Shown: positions 23,262 through 30,153 of the stretch, in pieces
Numbering within the stretch: the stretch's first letter is position 1
Layout of the letters: each line of letters opens with the position of its first letter
IMG/VR virus record: IMGVR_UViG_3300037424_001687
Coordinates: 1-30,153 of that record
Strand: one strand, 5' to 3'
Length of the DNA stretch: 30,153 nt
DNA from: a virus
Taxonomy: Duplodnaviria; Caudoviricetes
Notes under the pieces: model-generated
Seen by the model: the letters and a program-made list of their open reading frames with translations, nothing else
Databases searched by the model: none
What the model was told of the DNA's origin: nothing
Position numbers and translations under genes: made by a program

Positions 23262-25418
23262 TTAGGCCGTTGCCTTGACGGTCGGCCGGTACTCAGTCAT
23301 CACCGGGTAAAAATCGTGGAAGCCGCGGAACTGGATTCCGAGGGTATCGAAGTCGGCGTCTGCCGATTCGATGGTCGGCGATTCCTGCCCGTTGAGGAAA
23401 CACATCGCGGCGCAGGCCATGACGCGCGGGTCGGCCATCAAATACCAGGTGGTCGCCGAGTAACCCGTGTAGGTGCTGTTGCCCAGTTGCGGGACCGCGA
23501 TGGGTCGGAAACTGTTCTGGTAAATGTTGGCGGTCGGGTACTTGGTCGTCGCCGTGGTGTCGCGGATTTCCTGCGACACGTAAATCTTCTTGGCCGTCGC
23601 TTCCAGCGCCGTCGGAACCAAAAGCAGCTTCGGCTCCAGGTTCATCATGTTGCCGTCGGGCGCGGTCATGTCGCGAAACGCCTTGACGGCCGTGTTGAGT
23701 CCCGTCTCGGCGAGCGCGGAGCCGGTGACAAGGTTGCCGCGCGGCGACGTCCAAAACGTCCCGGCAGCGCTGGCCGCCAGAAAAACCGTCCAAAAGAGGT
23801 TTTCCATTTTCACCGCCGCGCCGATTCCAAGCCGATCGCGGATCGCGTTCAGCGCGCCGAGGTCGTCGTTGATGATGTCCTGACGCGTAAACGCCAGCAT
23901 TTTGCCGAAGGTGACCAGGCTCATCGTGTACGATTCTTGCCCGACCGTGCCGTGTTTGATCTCGCCGGCAGGCCCCACCTCCTCGTATTCCAGGCTGGCC
24001 GTCAATCGGTAGCCCGTGTGGGTTTTGAAGTCGCCCAGGCTGCGCGTGGCGGCCACCTCGCGCCACATTTGCGGAATGGAGTTGAAACCCTCCAAGAGGA
24101 ACTTGTTGCCGGCCGTCGAAAGCAGCGTGGTCAACGTGTGCGTCGAGAATGCGGCCTGCAACACTTGGCGCAAGTTCCCGTCGGTGATCTTCTGCCGGCC
24201 GCTGTAGCCGCCTTCGGCCGCGCAGTGGAGCAGAATCTCGCCGAGACTGAACCCGCGAAGTTTGTCAGCGGCTTCGAGTATCTCCGGCTTGTACGCCTTG
24301 TCGAGGTCGCGCAGGCCGCCCGTGCGGCAAAACGCCGCCTGGATCACGTCCGTCGACACGTCGCGGGTCGACGAATGAATCTCCGGCCCCTTCGGACGTT
24401 CGGCGCGAATCATCGCCTCCCTGGCGTCTGCCTGCACATTCACGAGCGCCACTTCCAGCCGAGCCGCCGGCCACTGCTCGTTGAGGGCCTTCAGCTTGAG
24501 ATCGGCCGCTTCCGTCCCCGCCTTGGCGCGAATGTCGGCCAGCTTGGCGGAGTCGATTTTGCCGACGTAGGTCGAAGCCTTGGCCTCGATCGTCGCGACG
24601 TGAATCTCGTAAGCGCGAATCACGCCGGAGAGGTCGAACGTCGGAGCGGCGGCGCCGGCCTTGACGCCCGCAGCCTTGACGTCCCCGGGAATCAAGGCTT
24701 CCTGCGCCTTGACCTCGGCGTCGTAGGCGGCCTTCAATTTTGCCTTCTGGTCTTCTCGCAACTCCGGCACGTCGCCGCAAAACAGGGCCTGAACCCATTG
24801 GTCGAAGTTCATAACAATTTCCTTTCCTGTAGAATGAGCGGCGGTTGCCGCGACTTTTGCAGACGTTTTCGAGTCCGCGGCCATTGCCACGAACGATACT
24901 TCTCCGAGCGTCGATTTTCGGGCCACGTACAGCGGCCCGGTGAAGGTTTTGCCGTTGACCTTCGTCGTGATCCCCTCGCCGACGAACTCCATCTTGTCGG
25001 GCTGCGCGCCCACCGACGCCTTCCAGGGAAAGCCCTGCTTTGCGCTCGCCAAAACCTGTGCGGCCTCCGGGCTTGCACCTGACACGACGCCGGCCAGATC
25101 GAGGATCGAATCGCCGGCCGTGATTTCGTCCGCGTGCCCGACCAGCTTGTCCAGCGAGTGGTTCATCAAGATCGGTAACGGGGCCTTGGCGGTGAGTCCC
25201 GACATGTCGATCACCACGGGCGCGCCGTAGTAGCCGACCGACATCGGCCCACCGGTGTAAGCCCGCATTTTGAATCGCTTGGGCGCGTCGGCGGCCGATG
25301 GCGAGCCGTCGGCCGCCTTGATCCATTCCACGCACTCCACGGTGCAGTGGATAGGTTGGTCGGCGGCAGCGGCTCGGATCATCTTCGCCCTGCGGCGGCG
25401 TTGGCCTTGCTGGCTCAT
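23262..25418 (-). CDS. Fused prohead protease / major capsid protein (718 aa)
   Basis: N-terminal AYTGG, PILMNH, WKASVG and LGEVSFV (protease). C-terminal FGKMLAFTRQDIINDDLGA, LLVPTALE, WYLMAD and FLNGQESP (Mu gpT-like HK97-fold capsid). ATGA-coupled start. Confidence 0.92.
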   Translation of the reverse strand: MSQQGQRRRRAKMIRAAAADQPIHCTVECVEWIKAADGSPSAADAPKRFKMRAYTGGPMSVGYYGAPVVIDMSGLTAKAPLPILMNHSLDKLVGHADEITAGDSILDLAGVVSGASPEAAQVLASAKQGFPWKASVGAQPDKMEFVGEGITTKVNGKTFTGPLYVARKSTLGEVSFVAMAADSKTSAKVAATAAHSTGKEIVMNFDQWVQALFCGDVPELREDQKAKLKAAYDAEVKAQEALIPGDVKAAGVKAGAAAPTFDLSGVIRAYEIHVATIEAKASTYVGKIDSAKLADIRAKAGTEAADLKLKALNEQWPAARLEVALVNVQADAREAMIRAERPKGPEIHSSTRDVSTDVIQAAFCRTGGLRDLDKAYKPEILEAADKLRGFSLGEILLHCAAEGGYSGRQKITDGNLRQVLQAAFSTHTLTTLLSTAGNKFLLEGFNSIPQMWREVAATRSLGDFKTHTGYRLTASLEYEEVGPAGEIKHGTVGQESYTMSLVTFGKMLAFTRQDIINDDLGALNAIRDRLGIGAAVKMENLFWTVFLAASAAGTFWTSPRGNLVTGSALAETGLNTAVKAFRDMTAPDGNMMNLEPKLLLVPTALEATAKKIYVSQEIRDTTATTKYPTANIYQNSFRPIAVPQLGNSTYTGYSATTWYLMADPRVMACAAMCFLNGQESPTIESADADFDTLGIQFRGFHDFYPVMTEYRPTVKATA

Positions 25419-25624
25419 GTCTGGCTCATCTTTGGGTAGTAGCAACCAGGCCAGGGGATCAGTTCCTCTGGCAGGGATTCATCGAGTGTAAGCGGACCAA
25501 CCCAATATGCTTCGTTTCTGCAAGCGGCTACCGCCAAGGCTTCAGTACTAAAAGCACCTTGTATCTCCCAAACTCTTCCGCTTGGAGTTTCACAGCGGGT
25601 TTGTCCGCATATCCAGACTTTCAT
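25415..25624 (-). CDS. Small inserted hypothetical protein (69 aa)
   Basis: ATGA overlaps at both ends. Visibly lower GC than its neighbours. Confidence 0.75.
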   Translation of the reverse strand: MKVWICGQTRCETPSGRVWEIQGAFSTEALAVAACRNEAYWVGPLTLDESLPEELIPWPGCYYPKMSQT

Positions 25625-27162
25625 GCGACACTCCTTGCGTGGCCGTTGCTTCCGTTGCGGGCAATGCGATTGACGCCGTTCGACTTGGCAGGCTGACCGT
25701 CGCCAGGTTGCGGCGATCCGTTGGATTGATTCGCTGGCGTACCTCCCGCTTGTTGAAAGTCGGACTGGAAATGCTTTGCCCGCATGTCGTCTACGGTCAC
25801 ACCATAGTATGCCGCTTCTTTTTCAAGCTCCTCTTCGGCGTCGTAGCCGTCCTCCGCGACAATTCGCGGCACGTTGGAAACTCCCGTGGAAATGTTGGTT
25901 TTGCGCGAGGTTGCGGTGTCTACCTCGTTGACAATGGGGACGCCGGGCCAATCCCACGCATGACTCGGCGCGGACGCGCCGTCGAAGTTCCAACCGTAAA
26001 CGGTCGTCGCCTGCTCAAACCACAGGGCAAACAGCGGATCGAGAACCGAGTCCTCGATGTCCGCCTGGTCCACGTCGACTGCGGCAAAGTACGGATGCTG
26101 GTCGAGCTTCGCCGACGCGAAATTGGCGTTGCTCGAATCACAAGCCGCCAGCGAGTAGGACATGGAAAGCGGTCTCGCCTGCTCCCCGACTTGCGTGCGG
26201 AGAAAACTTTCATGTGTTGTCGGCGGCTGTTCGGCCTTTGCTTGAAACACGTCTCCGCCGGAAGGCAAACCCACAATTACTCCGTTCTGGACTTCCAGCG
26301 TGTCAAAGGGTAGCACTTGGCCTGGCCCAATCATTGGGTCTGCTTGTGTTTTCAGAAAATACGGAACCTTTGAGAGCAGTTCGGCCGAGGATAACACTGC
26401 CTCTCGCCACCGGCGACTCTGCCCACCAGCGCTGAGTGTGCTCGAAAGTTCAGGGATTGCGCGATGCTGCCCGGGCCGATCCTCGCGGAAAAGATGGAAG
26501 ATAAATTTGGCGGGAACCTTTTCGGATTTCATCAGACCGAGCGACCATTGGCCGCCGGGGTGACGCGGAAGAACGTCGTAAAACGTCGGGTTGCCGAAAT
26601 CGTCGAACCAAATCCCGTCCACCCGATTTTTTTGGGCGAACAGCAAATCCGTCGAGGCGATCTGCTCCGTCTCGACGCCCACCAGGTCGAGCGTCACGCG
26701 ATCGCCGCCGTTTGGATTGTCGCGGGCCAACAAAAACGCTTCGCCGTCCGTCACCTTGGCCTTTTCGGCGGTGCGGAGTTTTCGGGCCAGCTTCACCCGG
26801 CCGGCCCATCGCTTCCACGCGGCCTCCACCATCGCGTTCATGCCGTTGCTGCCGGTCTGCATTCGCAGCTTCGGGCCTCGCCCCACGACGTAGTTGGCCT
26901 GCGTTAGCGTGATCCCCTTGGTAAAGCCATTATTGCCTGTCTCATAACGCGATCGCTTAACGGTGATATGACGTACAGATTGGGAATTAGCCGAATCGGC
27001 ATCATAGGCGTCGGCCACTGACCAGTGGCTCTGATTGTCGCTGTTCGTCTGCGCAAGGTCGTAAGTGCCGCGAATATCCCGTCGGTCGTGAACAATACGC
27101 ACGGTCTGACTGTTTCCGAAACGGCCGCGAATCACACCGGCGATGCGAGAGAAAATTCCCAC
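25621..27162 (-). CDS. Portal protein, lambda family
   Basis: RSRYETGNNGF.KG, DGEAF, DGIWFDDFGNP, IFHLFREDRPGQHRAIP, DSSNANFASAK. Confidence 0.95.
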   Translation of the reverse strand: MGIFSRIAGVIRGRFGNSQTVRIVHDRRDIRGTYDLAQTNSDNQSHWSVADAYDADSANSQSVRHITVKRSRYETGNNGFTKGITLTQANYVVGRGPKLRMQTGSNGMNAMVEAAWKRWAGRVKLARKLRTAEKAKVTDGEAFLLARDNPNGGDRVTLDLVGVETEQIASTDLLFAQKNRVDGIWFDDFGNPTFYDVLPRHPGGQWSLGLMKSEKVPAKFIFHLFREDRPGQHRAIPELSSTLSAGGQSRRWREAVLSSAELLSKVPYFLKTQADPMIGPGQVLPFDTLEVQNGVIVGLPSGGDVFQAKAEQPPTTHESFLRTQVGEQARPLSMSYSLAACDSSNANFASAKLDQHPYFAAVDVDQADIEDSVLDPLFALWFEQATTVYGWNFDGASAPSHAWDWPGVPIVNEVDTATSRKTNISTGVSNVPRIVAEDGYDAEEELEKEAAYYGVTVDDMRAKHFQSDFQQAGGTPANQSNGSPQPGDGQPAKSNGVNRIARNGSNGHARSVA

Positions 27163-27365
27163 TACTGTGACCTCGTCGGAATGAGCTTTGTAAGCCTAAA
27201 GCCTTGGTGGTTTCTTGCCGACGCCTGCTGTTGGGCGACGTATCGGGCGGCCTTGATCCGATCGTCGATGCTCATGGAGTCAACGCTCGTTCCGTCAACG
27301 GTTACCCGTTGCACGCCGGTGATGGCGTCTTGTTCGAGCCTGCTTGCAATCGTTTCCGTTGCCAT
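27162..27365 (-). CDS. gpW-like head-tail joining protein (67 aa)
   Basis: GVQRVTVDGTSVDSMSIDDRIKA. Sits directly upstream of and coupled to the portal, as lambda W. Confidence 0.8.
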   Translation of the reverse strand: MATETIASRLEQDAITGVQRVTVDGTSVDSMSIDDRIKAARYVAQQQASARNHQGFRLTKLIPTRSQ

Positions 27366-27393
27366 GATGCGTTACCCAGCGAAGATGGGCACC

Positions 27394-27440
27394 AAAAGAA
27401 AAACCCCTCAGCCCTCCTGCTAGCAGGACTGAGGGGTTTT
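27394..27440 (-). terminator. Intrinsic terminator upstream of the head genes
   Basis: AAAACCCCTCAG/CTGAGGGGTTTT arms with an inner TCCTGC/GCAGGA stem, and a TTTTTCTTTT tail on the minus strand. Possibly bidirectional. Confidence 0.75.
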
Positions 27441-27625
27441 GCCAAAGGCGCGCCGCTGGCCGGCGGCGTTCTTTTGGTGTTTCGTCGTTATCGCCCGCGA
27501 TCGGGCGTCAGCGATTCAATATGCAAAACGACCGGATCATTACAAGAGCAATTTGAGGCTCGCCATCGGAATCGTACTACTAATAGCATTTTGGGAGTTA
27601 TTGGGCCGGCCGGGACGATCCATTT

Positions 27626-27805
27626 CCCGGGAAATGCCGGATCGACGCGCCCGCCGGTTCTATGCCGTCTGTATCACCCGATACCACCAGGGACAGCAAC
27701 CGCCGCACGATGCGGTGGTAGCATGGGTAAACGCCACCGAAACTAACACCCAACCGCACCCAACCGCACCCATTCCAATCCCGGGAAATGCCGGATCGAC
27801 GCGCC
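27626..27805. repeat. 26-bp direct repeat pair
   Basis: CCCGGGAAATGCCGGATCGACGCGCC at 27626-27651 and 27780-27805, with a CACCCAACCG tandem between them. Confidence 0.9.
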
Positions 27806-27813
27806 AGTAGTGA

Positions 27814-28005
27814 TCAGTTTTCCAGGGTTTGCCGTTTTTCCCCGCAGTGCCGGCAGACTCGATATCTGACGATCAGATCATGGCCTTTCCGCGTATTCAG
27901 CACGTGAAAGTCCTTGCACCCACACTTTTGACACTCCAACCCGCCCCCGGCGGCGGACGCCGCGGCCAGTTCGCGCATCGTCGGAATGGTAGGTTCATCG
28001 ACCAC
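27814..28005 (-). CDS. Zn-ribbon protein (NrdR-N/Ogr-Delta-like, 63 aa)
   Basis: CQKCG..FHVLNTR..IVRYRVCRHCG..RQTLE. GTG start overlaps the terminase end. Confidence 0.8.
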   Translation of the reverse strand: MVDEPTIPTMRELAAASAAGGGLECQKCGCKDFHVLNTRKGHDLIVRYRVCRHCGEKRQTLEN

Positions 28006-30100
28006 GCTTCGCCCTCCTCGCCTGCTCGGACATCGAACTGGCGGCCGATGGCTTGGCTGGCCGCTCCAGCCCTGGTATTTGACAGCCGAGCATGGAAGCG
28101 CTGACGGCGGTGCCGATGAGACAATCCCACTGGTCGTTATTGACGATCCCCTTCTTGGCCTGCCATTCCGTGACCGTCCGACCCCTGGCCGTAACGTCCA
28201 CCGGCTCCTCTTCGCAATAATGATCGAACAGCATCGCGTGTTCTTGGGGATCATCTCCAAATATCGTCCATGCCCCCGGCGTGCCGATCGGCAGCGCCAG
28301 ACGGGATGCCGCCAGCGATTTCCACCAATTCGTGTCGACGTTCACCCAAATATCGCCGTCCTTAGGAGGGCCGTTGCGCCAGTGTTCGCCTCGCTTGGCG
28401 CCGTCGGGTTTGTAGTCGGACATGGGGATCGACTTTGCACCGAGCCCCAACCCCTGGGCGGCGTGCAAAATCCGGCCGTGGTGTTTGTGTCGCCTGCACC
28501 AGGCGCGGAGCAGCTTGTTTTTTTCGCCCCATTTGATGTCCACCAGGATTTTTTCGACGGTCATCGTGCGCCCGTCCTCGCGACGGAACTGCCGATCGAT
28601 CAGCGCGTCGACGAGCGCGTTCAGGGCGACCAGCAAATAGGCGTCCTGGTTCATCCCCTTGAAAATCTTTTTCAGCGGCACCGGGACGTTTTCCTTGGTA
28701 AAATACTTCACAGGCTGCTCCGGCACGGCGCCGTAGTCCACGGGTCCGCCGGCCAGCGTGTCGGTCCAGGCCGATACCGTCCAGTGCAGAATGTCGCCCC
28801 CCACGTCGATGTAGGCCGTCAGTCGCTCGCATTCCTTGGGAACCACGCCTCGTGGGACGCGCGACAACTTTTTTTCAAGCACGTCTTTGGTAAGACGGAG
28901 CGGGTGATTGGCCGATGCCGACAAGTCCAGCGGCGTGTTTTGATATTCGGCGAAAAACGCAGCCTTGTCCCTAGCGTACAGGTTCATGGCGTGCTGAATG
29001 GCTGTGATCTCTTCAGGTAGTTTGCGCTCGGGCCAAGATGCCTCAGCCCCTTCCTCAAGCTGTTTGCGGTTGGCGGCGTAGTGATCGTTGGCGGGCCGAA
29101 TGTCGGGATCGTCGCGCCCCATGCACTCTCGATAAATCTCAAAATACTTTTCCCATTTTTCCATGTTTTTCGGCATCGAGCGAAGCATCTGGGAACGAAT
29201 GCCGCGCCATAGGGGGTTTTGCTTCCTGTCCAAAATCTTGTCGGCCATGTCGCCTGGTCGGATCACGGTGCAAGGCATGACTCCGGAAATCGTCTTGTCC
29301 GGCCCGGCCATGCCGAGCACGGCCCCCGTCAACAGTCCGTAGCGTGACTCGTTTTGCGAAGCGCTCCCGGCGCTTTCGTCGGTTTGCGGGTCGTCGATCA
29401 ACACCAGGGACGGCCGTATCTGCTCGCCCGTGGTCAGCGTAAATAGACTTCCGCGGATGCCCTCGCCGGTCAGTCCAGAGCAACCGATCACCACCCCGGA
29501 CGTCGGCGCGTATTTGCCGCGGCAACGCAAATTGGCCGGCTTGGGAACGCGGGGCAATACCAGACGATCCTTTTCCCAGTGAATTCCAGTGGACTCTTTC
29601 AGACACGTCTGCCCGGATTGGCGATTGGCGATGCCGCCTAATGCGACTGCCGCAAGGGAAATTTCTGGAAAATCGACTTGGTACTTCGGTAGATACCGAA
29701 TCCAAATTTTGATCGCGTCGAGGCTGTCGTAGGCTTTGTCGGCGGTTGCGTTGACAAAATAAACGTAGGGACACAAGGCATATGAAGCCGCCCAAAGCAC
29801 GGCCATTCGACAAAGCGTGGTTTTTCCAGATCCCCTGGGCATGGCAAACGCTTGTAAAAATCCGCCCCGCACCGACCGCTCGATCGCCGCAATCACGCGC
29901 AAATGATCCTTAGACCAGTCAAGATAAAATGGAGCAGGGTTGTAAGTTTCGCAAAAAAGTCCAAGAGATTTCTTACAGGCGTTTCGCCGCCGCATGTTGG
30001 CGACTAGCGGGATTGGCCCAATGTCTCGACCGATGGCCGAAGTGGCCGCCTGATCAAAAGCCGACTGCGCCCGCTTCCGCCCATATCGATTACCGGCCAT
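27995..30100 (-). CDS. terL: Terminase large subunit (ATPase plus GpA-like nuclease)
   Basis: Walker A MPRGSGKTT, Walker B VLIDDPQ, nuclease TAYIDVG and NDQWDC. Upstream of W and portal. Confidence 0.95.
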   Translation of the reverse strand: MAGNRYGRKRAQSAFDQAATSAIGRDIGPIPLVANMRRRNACKKSLGLFCETYNPAPFYLDWSKDHLRVIAAIERSVRGGFLQAFAMPRGSGKTTLCRMAVLWAASYALCPYVYFVNATADKAYDSLDAIKIWIRYLPKYQVDFPEISLAAVALGGIANRQSGQTCLKESTGIHWEKDRLVLPRVPKPANLRCRGKYAPTSGVVIGCSGLTGEGIRGSLFTLTTGEQIRPSLVLIDDPQTDESAGSASQNESRYGLLTGAVLGMAGPDKTISGVMPCTVIRPGDMADKILDRKQNPLWRGIRSQMLRSMPKNMEKWEKYFEIYRECMGRDDPDIRPANDHYAANRKQLEEGAEASWPERKLPEEITAIQHAMNLYARDKAAFFAEYQNTPLDLSASANHPLRLTKDVLEKKLSRVPRGVVPKECERLTAYIDVGGDILHWTVSAWTDTLAGGPVDYGAVPEQPVKYFTKENVPVPLKKIFKGMNQDAYLLVALNALVDALIDRQFRREDGRTMTVEKILVDIKWGEKNKLLRAWCRRHKHHGRILHAAQGLGLGAKSIPMSDYKPDGAKRGEHWRNGPPKDGDIWVNVDTNWWKSLAASRLALPIGTPGAWTIFGDDPQEHAMLFDHYCEEEPVDVTARGRTVTEWQAKKGIVNNDQWDCLIGTAVSASMLGCQIPGLERPAKPSAASSMSEQARRAKRGR

Positions 30101-30153
30101 GCCTCAACAACCAGAAGTGTCCGCTGGAAAGAAAGTGTGTCTGCTGGCCCCTA

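Noticed and set aside
23256-25082. Long plus-strand ORFs opposite structural genes (also 10910-12178, 14378-15772, 27986-29020)
   Set aside because: In-register antisense shadows caused by GC3 bias. No SD or recognisable domains.
27439-27810. 123-aa plus ORF with a short hydrophobic stretch
   Set aside because: Weak TTG start inside the terminator, no SD, and it reads the two 26-bp repeats in different frames. Not supported, though a small membrane peptide cannot be excluded.

Overview
A 30-kb segment of a GC-rich temperate siphovirus-like phage. The host is probably a Planctomycete; this is an inference from recalled gene families, not a search result. Almost all genes are on the minus strand. 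Reading right to left: terminase large subunit, a Zn-ribbon protein, a gpW-like head-tail joining protein, a lambda-family portal, a fused protease/major capsid protein, a DUF2190-like protein with a long glycine-rich extension, neck genes, tail tube, three extra virion-like genes, a tail assembly chaperone with a -1 frameshift, tape measure, and tail-tip genes including an acidic Cys-rich 871-aa protein. Next come a plus-strand two-gene envelope cargo and a small operon whose first two genes each carry a copy of the same structured leader. The 3' half of a tRNA-His gene follows with phage genes on both sides, which suggests an intact attP. Then comes an HTH switch region with consensus promoters and paired operators. 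Last is an early operon: a structured ~240-nt leader, a DUF6948-like gene coupled to a 36x TCG-DGG hexamer repeat, a tyrosine recombinase with an upstream perfect palindrome, a wHTH replication initiator with internal 21-bp-phased iterons, and a DNA methyltransferase cut by the left edge. The most unusual items are the hexamer repeat, the duplicated covarying leader cassettes, the early leader RNA with its promoter-overlapping terminator, and the recombinase arrangement. No lysis genes, reverse transcriptase or CRISPR array were recognised.
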